Below, piece by piece: positions 19,532 through 27,243 of a DNA stretch of 64,000 nt. Location: contig WFWY01000148.1 in NCBI GenBank assembly GCA_015490895.1, forward strand, positions 5,522 through 69,521, in the 5' to 3' direction. Below the pieces are notes generated by a model that saw only the letters and a list, made by a program, of their open reading frames with translations, ran no database searches and was not told where the DNA came from. A program made the translations under genes and the position numbers. Numbering within the stretch: position 1 is the first letter of the stretch; each line of letters begins with the position of its first letter. The stretch is from Thiotrichaceae bacterium (GTDB taxonomy: Bacteria > Pseudomonadota > Gammaproteobacteria > Thiotrichales > Thiotrichaceae).

Positions 19532-20725
19532 ATGACATGGATAATGAATAAAATAAGAAATAAATTATTACTGGTTTTAGTTATTGTTACCTTGGTGCCC
19601 GCTATTCTCATTGGTGCCTACAGTTTGTATTCGACATCGAAAGTATTGCGTGAGAATGTTCTGGCATCTCATGTCAATAAAGTCAGTTTAATTCAGGAGC
19701 GCATTGAGAACCGACTTAGTGGCGTTGACAGTGATATTTTTTTATTGCGGGATTCAAATGCATTGCATCTATTCCTGTCATCAACTGAATCAGAAGGGAG
19801 TCGTACCCGGCGGCTTTTACTAGGTAACTTGCGCTCTAGCTTCAAGAAATTTTCTGAGAAAAAAGGGCTGTATCAACAAGTCAGGTTTATTGATGCAGAG
19901 GGTCAGGAAATTGTGCGTATAGACAGAAATGGAAATGAGTCCAGAAATGTTTCTGACACACACTTGCAGAATAAGTCATCGCGTTACTATTTTTCCAATG
20001 CACTTGATCTGGATGATGGAGAGCTGTTTATTTCTCCGATGGATTTGAACCGGGAGCAAGATGAAATCGTTAAGCCTTACCAACCAACTATTCGTTATGC
20101 TACCCCTGTATTTGATAAGAATGAAGTACTAAGAGGGTTAATTGTTCTCAATGTCGATGCCAGAAAAATCATTGAGATAATCGAGGAACAGAACAAACCT
20201 GGAGAACAGCTTATGTTTGTTGATCCGGAGGGTTTTTATTATTACCACCCGAATAAAGAAAAAGAATGGGGGGGGGAGCGCGACTTAAATACAGGGATTA
20301 GCCTGTTTAAGGAAAATAAGGCGCTAGTTCGAAAATTAAAGGGAGTGAAGAAACTGGACTATATTGAAACGGATGGCGATATCCTGATTTATAACCCGAT
20401 TTCTATACAGCAAAAAGGGCACTTTTTAGGAACACTGTTTAGTGTGCAGCCTAAAGCAGTTTTGTTTAAGCCGCTGCAGGATTATCTGCTCATCTTTTTG
20501 GGAATTGCGCTGGCGGCTTTGTTGCTTGCATTATTGTTGGCGGTTGTCTTGTCCAACTCCATTACCCGTCCATTAATCAGTCTGAAAGAAAGTGTGGAAA
20601 AACTGAGTGCAGGAGATATGGAGACTCCAATTACAGTGGATACCAAAGATGAAATCAGTGATGTGGCTCACGCGATTGAGTTGTTGCGTAAATCAATGAG
20701 AATATTGATGAAACGGTCTCGATAG
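19532..20725 (+). CDS. Membrane sensor: TM - periplasmic Cache-like domain - TM - HAMP, with no output domain
   Basis: N-terminal TM helix and a ~270-aa extracytoplasmic domain with Cache-type motifs (YQQVRFIDAEGQEIVRIDRNG, NKSSRYYF, GELFISPMDLNRE, PTIRYATPVF). A second TM helix and a HAMP domain follow (ITRPLISLKESVEKLSAGDMETPITVDTKDEISDVAHAIELL). The ORF ends 14 aa after HAMP. An alternative start is ATG 19544. Confidence 0.7.
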   Translation: MTWIMNKIRNKLLLVLVIVTLVPAILIGAYSLYSTSKVLRENVLASHVNKVSLIQERIENRLSGVDSDIFLLRDSNALHLFLSSTESEGSRTRRLLLGNLRSSFKKFSEKKGLYQQVRFIDAEGQEIVRIDRNGNESRNVSDTHLQNKSSRYYFSNALDLDDGELFISPMDLNREQDEIVKPYQPTIRYATPVFDKNEVLRGLIVLNVDARKIIEIIEEQNKPGEQLMFVDPEGFYYYHPNKEKEWGGERDLNTGISLFKENKALVRKLKGVKKLDYIETDGDILIYNPISIQQKGHFLGTLFSVQPKAVLFKPLQDYLLIFLGIALAALLLALLLAVVLSNSITRPLISLKESVEKLSAGDMETPITVDTKDEISDVAHAIELLRKSMRILMKRSR

Positions 20726-20750
20726 GCTCTTGGCAGGCAAAGGTGAATAC

Positions 20751-21035
20751 ATGAAAAATTTATTACTCTTGGTGTTTGTTCTGGCAGTGATCGTTGCGGG
20801 AGGGATTTATTGGTATGCCTCACGGATGGCTTCGGTCTCTGGCGTGGCTCATGGGCAGCCAGAGAAACTAACGCCTTCTGCTCCAGCCGAACAGGGTATG
20901 CTTCAGGCTCAGGGATCTGGAGCGGCTTTATTCGATTTGAAGAGCTCAATACAAGATGTTATAGAGGATTCAGTTCAGGAAGAGATACAGCATGCAGTAG
21001 AAGACAAGATCAAAGAAACTGAAGAGAATCAGTAG
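20751..21035 (+). CDS. Small single-pass membrane protein
   Basis: ATG 20751 preceded by AGGTGA. N-terminal TM helix (LLLLVFVLAVIVAGGIYWY) and an acidic C-terminal helix. No family recognised. Confidence 0.45.
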   Translation: MKNLLLLVFVLAVIVAGGIYWYASRMASVSGVAHGQPEKLTPSAPAEQGMLQAQGSGAALFDLKSSIQDVIEDSVQEEIQHAVEDKIKETEENQ

Positions 21036-21116
21036 TGGTTGGCAATGGCTTTGTCAAAGGCTGAATCAGAAAGTGAGTATGGATGCGAGGTTATAAATAT
21101 TATGAGAGAGAAAAAT

Positions 21117-21782
21117 ATGAAGTACAGTCAAAAGATTAGAAACATTATACATTGGGAGGCGATTCTGCTGATGATGCTATTTTTTTCATCATCACTAGTT
21201 CATGCAGAAGAAGAATACAAAGTTAAAATTACAGCCGATATGCCTTACCTGGATGTACAGCATGGTGGCAAAATAGTCCGTATAGAGCGTATTCAGGACA
21301 CAGAACATCGTCTGACCAACAGTTTTTCGAAGACATCGCGGGTTTGTCCTCCTTTTTGTGTTAACCCAATCGAGCTATCACCTCAAATTAAAACGGTCGG
21401 TGAGCTTGAACTACTTAAGTTTCTTGACAATGAGGTGAAGAACAACAAAGGGTTACTGGTCGATGCCAGGATGCCGGAGTGGTTTGAAAGGGGGACTATT
21501 CCTGGTTCGGTAAATATCCCCTTTACGGTATTGAGTAAAGGGCTGGATAGCAAGCATACGGTAAAAATTCTGAAATTACTGGGTGCTACCGAAAAAGAAG
21601 GAAAATGGGACTTTAGTAAGGCACGTCAACTAATGCTTTTTTGTAATGGAGCATGGTGTGGGCAGTCTCCCAAGGCATTGAGAAATCTTTCATCCATTGG
21701 CTATCCGGAAGAGAAACTGTTTTGGTATCGTGATGGTATGCAATCGTGGCAACAGTTAGGGCTAACGACGGTTACCCCCTAA
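21117..21782 (+). CDS. Exported rhodanese-domain protein
   Basis: Signal peptide (ILLMMLFFSSSLVHA). Rhodanese-like C-terminal domain with putative active-site loop FCNGAWCGQS. An extra CPPFC motif lies in the N-terminal part. The start could be 21102 or 21117. Confidence 0.65.
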   Translation: MKYSQKIRNIIHWEAILLMMLFFSSSLVHAEEEYKVKITADMPYLDVQHGGKIVRIERIQDTEHRLTNSFSKTSRVCPPFCVNPIELSPQIKTVGELELLKFLDNEVKNNKGLLVDARMPEWFERGTIPGSVNIPFTVLSKGLDSKHTVKILKLLGATEKEGKWDFSKARQLMLFCNGAWCGQSPKALRNLSSIGYPEEKLFWYRDGMQSWQQLGLTTVTP

Positions 21783-21804
21783 AGCAAAAAAACGGGAGAA
21801 TAAG

Positions 21805-22542
21805 ATGATGAAAAAAGCAAAACTAACTGGGGTTTGTATTGCGTTGATGTTGAGCACGACAGCTCTGGCGGAAACAGGAGCCTTGAAGGCCTCTGATGAA
21901 GAGTTAGAGGTTTTAAGTGCCGAGGCCAGCCACACCATTATGAAAGAGGAAACTCCAGAGACTCCGGTTGCCGATGAGCCTGCCGTGGCCCCGTCTGCAA
22001 CAACGAATGTTGAAGCCCTGTCTGAATCGGTTGCCAAACAATTGACGGGTATATTGGGTGCACCGGATGCAGGTGACGAGAAAAAGACCGAGGCGAAGCT
22101 GGAAGGCATGGTCTCTTCGGCGCTGTTAGAAGGAGCGAATATGGATGATTTACGCTCTGCAGTGAGTGCTGCAATGGAGGATATTGCAGTTTCTGAACAG
22201 GAAGGGGTAACTGCTGAGAAAGTAAAAAAAGCGGAACGATCCCTGAAAAAGCTGGTTGGAAAAGCTGATGACGATTATGTCAAACAACAGCAGCGAGAAG
22301 CTGAAGCTTTTGCGTCTTCATTAAAATCAGGTGCATCGGTAAGCGATAAAAAGGGTGTTGTAGAGAGTACCTCACAGGATGCCGACACGGTTATTGTTCA
22401 GCCAGGTGAATCTCTCTACAAAATTGCATTACGAATTTATGGCAGTGGAGATAATTTTGTACGGCTTTATGAGGCTAATAAAGACAGAATTGTCGATCCA
22501 AACCTTATTCGTGTAGGTCAAGTATTACGAGTGCCACATTAA
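21805..22542 (+). CDS. Secreted LysM-domain protein
   Basis: Signal peptide (GVCIALMLSTTALA), an acidic low-complexity middle, and a C-terminal LysM domain (VIVQPGESLYKIALRIYGSGDNFVRLYEANKDRIVDPNLIRVGQVLRVP). Confidence 0.7.
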   Translation: MMKKAKLTGVCIALMLSTTALAETGALKASDEELEVLSAEASHTIMKEETPETPVADEPAVAPSATTNVEALSESVAKQLTGILGAPDAGDEKKTEAKLEGMVSSALLEGANMDDLRSAVSAAMEDIAVSEQEGVTAEKVKKAERSLKKLVGKADDDYVKQQQREAEAFASSLKSGASVSDKKGVVESTSQDADTVIVQPGESLYKIALRIYGSGDNFVRLYEANKDRIVDPNLIRVGQVLRVPH

Positions 22543-22740
22543 TTCTGCATCCTCCTGTTTTAAGAGATAGCCTTCGGTGTCGTGATTGTCATCTGCTCTC
22601 GTTTTAGATCTGTACATAGCATGGCTATTTCTAACCCGGTTCAGCGGTAACCAGGATGCTCTGTGAAGTAAAAGAGTGACATTAATAGGTAAGTATATTA
22701 TATTATACCGGAATTCTAATATTACTAGGGACTCCTTTAC

Positions 22741-23091
22741 ATGGCTAACATGGAATATTCAAACTTGGGTGATGGATGTGTAGTCACTACTCAACTCTTG
22801 GCAAAAGATGAAGATGTTGAACGTGCATCGAGGTCTTTGAAAGCCATCTCGCACCCTTTGCGTCTCAAGATTCTTTGTGTACTGGGCGACAAAGAAGTGA
22901 GTGTCCAGGAAATTGTTGAAATTGTTGGAACCTCACAAAGCAATATCTCTCAGCATCTTGCTATTTTGCGAGACAAAGGTGTACTTTCTTCGCGTAAGGA
23001 TGCCAATCGCGTTTTTTATAGTGTAGGTGATCGACGTATTTTAAAGCTGGTCAGCATGATGCAGGAAGTCTTTTGTCCCGCACATCTCTAA
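22741..23091 (+). CDS. ArsR/SmtB-family transcriptional regulator (candidate SqrR/BigR-type)
   Basis: HPLRLKILCVLGDKEVSVQEIVEIVGTSQSNISQHLAILRDKGVL winged helix. Apart from Cys13 in the non-conserved N-terminal tail, the cysteines are Cys46 in helix 2 and Cys112 near the C-terminus. Confidence 0.85.
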   Translation: MANMEYSNLGDGCVVTTQLLAKDEDVERASRSLKAISHPLRLKILCVLGDKEVSVQEIVEIVGTSQSNISQHLAILRDKGVLSSRKDANRVFYSVGDRRILKLVSMMQEVFCPAHL

Positions 23092-23306
23092 AAAGCTTCA
23101 TTTTTGTAGTATAGGTTGACAGCATTGCAAGGGGCTTATGCACAGGCTGTATTAACGAACCTACCGTCCCTCATTACTTCTGGTTCAGGAGGCGGGCGAC
23201 CTTTTTCTTTCACTTCGTACACTTTCTATGCGAGAAAACGCTATTTCGGGGTTTACGGATAGTCTTGCCGCGTATATCGTATGCATTTTTGAAATGGATT
23301 TGATTC

Positions 23307-23732
23307 ATGGCTGAATACCAAGAGTTTGCTCGCTCTCACCCTTATCTCGTTTTTGGTTTCCTGGCAGTGCTGGGATTTATCATCTGGTCTGAACTTGGTC
23401 GGCTGAGTCGTAAATATCGGCAACTGGGTGTGAATGAAGCGGTTCGGTTGCTCAACAAAGATAATGTCCTGTTACTGGATGTAAGAGAAGACAAAGAGCT
23501 TGATGGCGGAGTCATCCAGAATGCAAAGCATATCCCCATGAGTGAATTGAACCAGCGTCTCTCTGAGATAGAAAAAAGTAAAAATCAGCCCGTTTTGGTG
23601 TATTGTCGCAGTGGCAGTCGTTCTGCACATGCCTGTCAGACACTAACAAAGCAGGGCTTTGAAGATGTATCAAATCTTGCAGGAGGCGTGTTAGCCTGGG
23701 AGTCTGCGAATCTGCCGCTAGTTAAGAGATAA
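23307..23732 (+). CDS. Membrane-anchored rhodanese (YibN-like)
   Basis: N-terminal TM helix. Rhodanese domain with active-site loop CRSGSRS. Conserved yibN-grxC-secB-gpsA order as in E. coli. Confidence 0.8.
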   Translation: MAEYQEFARSHPYLVFGFLAVLGFIIWSELGRLSRKYRQLGVNEAVRLLNKDNVLLLDVREDKELDGGVIQNAKHIPMSELNQRLSEIEKSKNQPVLVYCRSGSRSAHACQTLTKQGFEDVSNLAGGVLAWESANLPLVKR

Positions 23733-23735
23733 GGT

Positions 23736-24074
23736 ATGGCTGGTAATAAAACACCCCTGAATAACAGAGCCAGCCGACAGGGTGCAGGGCATGGTGAACT
23801 GTCAGCTGATAAGGTGGTAGTGTATGGAACCCTTTTTTGCCCCTATTGTATGCGTGCTCGCAAGCTACTGAAGAGCAAAAAGGTTGCTTATACGGAAATT
23901 CGTGTTGATGGTGATAAAAAGCTGAGAAAAGAAATGGAGCGATTATCAGGAAGAGATAGCGTGCCACAAATATTCGTAGGTAAGGTACATATAGGAGGCT
24001 ATGATGACCTGGCTGCCCTGAATCGTAAAGGTGAACTGGATACAATGCTTCAGAAACTTAAGGAGCACGTCTAA
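23736..24074 (+). CDS. grxC: Glutaredoxin 3
   Basis: VVVYGTLFCPYCMRARKLL, SVPQIFVGKVHIGGYDDL. Carries a ~25-aa N-terminal extension if ATG 23736 is used. GTG 23814 is an alternative start. Confidence 0.85.
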   Translation: MAGNKTPLNNRASRQGAGHGELSADKVVVYGTLFCPYCMRARKLLKSKKVAYTEIRVDGDKKLRKEMERLSGRDSVPQIFVGKVHIGGYDDLAALNRKGELDTMLQKLKEHV

Positions 24075-24241
24075 AATATTCCCGGAACCATTGATACGAC
24101 TACACTCAGGTGTTGGGAGGGGTAAGGCATCGCCAAAATTACAAGCCAGCTGGTGTGCCTGCCGCGTTTGTAGCAAGCGTATCTTTGCCAGGACGGGATC
24201 ATTAAACACTCAATAATAAATAGTAAGCAGGAATCAAACTT

Positions 24242-24733
24242 ATGACAGAGCAACAGCAAGCGACGGGTCAGGCCACAGAAGAAAATCCACAGCGTTTTCT
24301 TATTCAGCGTATTTATATAAAGGATGTTTCCTTTGAGTCGCCGAATACACCTGCCGTTTACTCAGAAGAATGGAAGCCCGAGATTAACCTGCAAATGAAT
24401 ACCCAGACGACCCCGCTGGGAAATGATCACTACGAAGTCGTTTTACAATTAACAGTCACCGTAAAAAGCCAGGAAAAAACGGCATTCCTCGTTGAAGTTG
24501 CACAAGCCGGAGTGTTTGAGATAGGGGGCTATACTCAGGATGAGATGAGTCACTTGCTGGCTGCCTATTGTCCTTCTGTATTGTTCCCTTATGCGCGTGA
24601 AGCGATTGCCAGCCTGGTATCGAAAGGAAGCTTCCCTGAAATGCACCTGTCGCCTATCAACTTTGATGCACTCTATATGCAAAGACTGGAAGAAGCCAGG
24701 CAGAAAACGGCTGCCAGTACGGAAGAGGCCTAG
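24242..24733 (+). CDS. secB: Protein-export chaperone SecB
   Basis: FLIQRIYIKDVSFESPNTP, LLAAYCPSVLFPYAREAIASLVSKGSFPEMHLSPINFDALY. Confidence 0.92.
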   Translation: MTEQQQATGQATEENPQRFLIQRIYIKDVSFESPNTPAVYSEEWKPEINLQMNTQTTPLGNDHYEVVLQLTVTVKSQEKTAFLVEVAQAGVFEIGGYTQDEMSHLLAAYCPSVLFPYAREAIASLVSKGSFPEMHLSPINFDALYMQRLEEARQKTAASTEEA

Positions 24734-24735
24734 TA

Positions 24736-25758
24736 TTGGCTTCGCGGCTGAGCCGAATTTCCGTATACGGTGCAGGTTCGTGGGGAACTGCACTGGCTTT
24801 GCAGCTGGCACGAAATGGTATTGATGTTCTCCTGTGGGGGCGCTTGCCTGAGCATATTGAGCAGCTTTCACAGGATCGTGAAAATACTCGTTATCTACCG
24901 GGTATAAAATTCCCAAAGAACCTACGTTGTAGTGCTCAGCTGAAAGCGCTGGTTGAGCATTCCAGCTATCAGTTGATTGTTGTACCGTCCGTGGGCTTTC
25001 GGAACCTTGTGCAGCAACTGAAACCCTTGTTGCCGGATGAACATCGTATCTGCTGGGCCACCAAAGGAATAGAAGTAGGTAGTGGCAAACTACTACACCA
25101 GATCCTGAATGAAGAAGTGCCAGGGCGTTCTTATGCCGTGGTATCTGGCCCTACCTTTGCTCTGGAAGTCGCCAAAGGGCTACCAACAGCCATGACAGTG
25201 GCCGCCAACGACCCAGAACTGGCCAATGTTGTTGCTCGTGCATTTCAGGGTGGTAACTTCAGGGTGTATACCAGTGGTGATGTTATTGGGGTGGAGCTTG
25301 GAGGAGCTATCAAGAATGTACTGGCCATTGCTGCCGGTATTTCTGATGGCCTGGGCTATGGTGCGAATGCAAGAGCGGCACTGATTACGCGGGGCCTGGC
25401 AGAAATAATGCGCCTGGGAAGACAGCTGGGAGCACATGAAGGAACATTGATGGGACTAGCTGGTGTCGGTGATCTTGTCCTGACCTGTACCGATGATCAG
25501 TCACGAAATCGTCGTCTGGGGTTGGCGCTGGGGCAGGGCAAAAGCATTCAGCAGGCTGTCGATGAAATAGGCCAGGCAGTCGAAGGCTTGAAATCTTCTC
25601 ACTCCATTCATATGCTGGCAGAGCAGGCAGGGGTAGAAATGCCAATTTGCCAGCAGGTACATTGTATTCTTTACCAGGAGCTGCCTCCTCAACAGGCGGT
25701 GCGAGAGTTGCTATCCCGGCAGCTAAAGGCAGAGTTTCAGGAAAGGAGCAATGCATGA
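24736..25758 (+). CDS. gpsA: NAD(P)H-dependent glycerol-3-phosphate dehydrogenase
   Basis: TTG start. ISVYGAGSWGTALA Rossmann motif, GAIKNVLAIAAGISDGLGYGANA. Confidence 0.93.
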   Translation: MASRLSRISVYGAGSWGTALALQLARNGIDVLLWGRLPEHIEQLSQDRENTRYLPGIKFPKNLRCSAQLKALVEHSSYQLIVVPSVGFRNLVQQLKPLLPDEHRICWATKGIEVGSGKLLHQILNEEVPGRSYAVVSGPTFALEVAKGLPTAMTVAANDPELANVVARAFQGGNFRVYTSGDVIGVELGGAIKNVLAIAAGISDGLGYGANARAALITRGLAEIMRLGRQLGAHEGTLMGLAGVGDLVLTCTDDQSRNRRLGLALGQGKSIQQAVDEIGQAVEGLKSSHSIHMLAEQAGVEMPICQQVHCILYQELPPQQAVRELLSRQLKAEFQERSNA

Positions 25759-26237
25759 ATGAGGACGCAACCTGTACATTACAGCAGCTACTGAACCGAA
25801 TACACACTCTGCAGATTTCGAGCCTAAGCGTTAAAGGGCAGCCCAACATTAGCTATGCGCCTTATGTTAGAGACGATGACGGGCATTATTACGTTTTTAT
25901 TAGTCAGCTGGCAAGTCACACTGAAGATCTGTTGTGTAACCCCTTTGTTGCCATTATGCTCATGGAAGATGAGCAGGAAGCGAGACAAATATTCGCACGT
26001 ACGCGAGTGATTTACCATTGTCATGTCGAAAAAATAGCCCCCGATGAAGCGAATTATGCAGATAAACTGGATCAGTTTGAAAACATGTTTGGTTCGGTTG
26101 TGAGTGTATTGCGTGGTTTGTCTGATTTCATCCTGTTTCGCCTGATTCCCTATCAGGGTCGATTTGTAATGGGGTTTGGGCAGGCTTACGAACTGGAAGG
26201 AGACCAGTTTCAGACATTACGTCCCGTTATACCATGA
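25755..26237 (+). CDS. Pyridoxamine 5'-phosphate oxidase-fold (HugZ-like) protein
   Basis: Start at ATG 25755 (ATGA overlap with the gpsA stop) inside tracked ORF 25647..26237. The LSVKGQPNISYAPYV...YVFISQLASHT pattern fits a split-barrel FMN-binding fold. The family assignment is tentative. Confidence 0.55.
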   Translation: MNEDATCTLQQLLNRIHTLQISSLSVKGQPNISYAPYVRDDDGHYYVFISQLASHTEDLLCNPFVAIMLMEDEQEARQIFARTRVIYHCHVEKIAPDEANYADKLDQFENMFGSVVSVLRGLSDFILFRLIPYQGRFVMGFGQAYELEGDQFQTLRPVIP

Positions 26238-26335
26238 CCACTTTCAGGTATGCAATTTTGTCTGGATTGATTAAAGCTTATTCAGCGTAGTTTCATGGAT
26301 ATCATAATATGCTAAGTCCCGTAAAGGGGTTTAAA

Positions 26336-26689
26336 ATGTATATTATTGATAATAAAAATAATATAGATCTGGCTAACAAAATTTCCAGGTTTACGATTGT
26401 TTTGTCTGATAAAAAGGAAGGCGAAACAATGGTTGACGAGCTGAAATTACTTGCAAATGATGACTATTTTAAGATCTGGCGCGCTTTCAAGGGCAAAAAA
26501 GCACAACAGCTGTTAAGTTCAGTTATTGATGGATTGATTGTTTTTTTGTCTTGTGAGTGTGAGAAAAACACCATCACAGGTGAATTCTTTTCATTAGACG
26601 GGACAAGCGATAGTGGCTTGTTAACGGAGTATGTGCACGAGGCACAAAATGACGCATCCATTAAAATTGAAGACGCCATGCTCGCCTGA
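26336..26689 (+). CDS. Hypothetical protein (orphan, AT-rich)
   Basis: ORF with ATG 26336 after AAGGGG. No recognisable motifs. Visibly more AT-rich than its neighbours. Confidence 0.35.
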   Translation: MYIIDNKNNIDLANKISRFTIVLSDKKEGETMVDELKLLANDDYFKIWRAFKGKKAQQLLSSVIDGLIVFLSCECEKNTITGEFFSLDGTSDSGLLTEYVHEAQNDASIKIEDAMLA

Positions 26690-26746
26690 TGTACCCGGAG
26701 CTTCCTGTTCTCGGACAGCTCTTCCCAGGTGCTAAAATTTCCAGAG

Positions 26747-27139
26747 CTAATCATGTGTATTTCGCATATGGTCTGCTACATTGAAAAAAGAGCTTTTAAG
26801 GCTTTGTAACAATATCTTGTCTGTCACCTTTTCTTCCAGTGCCTGATACATGCAGCTAAGCCATTGGTCGCGTTCCAGGGAGGTGATTTTGAACGGCAAG
26901 TGGCGGCGGCGTAGCATGGGGTGACCATATTTCTCCATATACAGGGGTGGGCCTCCCAGCCAGCCGGAAAGAAACAGAAAGAGTTTGTCGCGGGATACCT
27001 TCAGGCTCCGGGCATGTAATTCACGCAGTTCCTTGACATCCTCCCTCTCATCCATCAAATCATAGAAACGGTTTACGAGCTGGCGTACGCCTTTTTCGCC
27101 TCCTATTGCGTCGTAGTGGGATGTGTTTAATGCCATCAT
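26747..27139 (-). CDS. glbO: Group II truncated hemoglobin
   Basis: YDAIGGEKGVRQLVNRFYDLM..., LFLFLSGWLGGPPLYMEKYGHPMLRRRHLPFKI, ERDQWLSCM are typical trHbO signatures. Confidence 0.8.
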   Translation of the reverse strand: MMALNTSHYDAIGGEKGVRQLVNRFYDLMDEREDVKELRELHARSLKVSRDKLFLFLSGWLGGPPLYMEKYGHPMLRRRHLPFKITSLERDQWLSCMYQALEEKVTDKILLQSLKSSFFNVADHMRNTHD

Positions 27140-27243
27140 AGCCTCTTTGCAGTAAGTCTGCTGTTGCTCAAGAAATATAACAATGTACTAATATACTGAT
27201 GCAGAGTATAATCGCGCATCGAAAAAATAACGAGTACAAGATT

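Noticed and set aside
22690-22725. AT-rich quasi-palindrome GTATA-TTATAT-TATAC upstream of the ArsR-family gene, as a possible operator
   Set aside because: Only 5-bp arms are complementary within a generally AT-rich promoter region. It cannot be distinguished from chance without comparative data.
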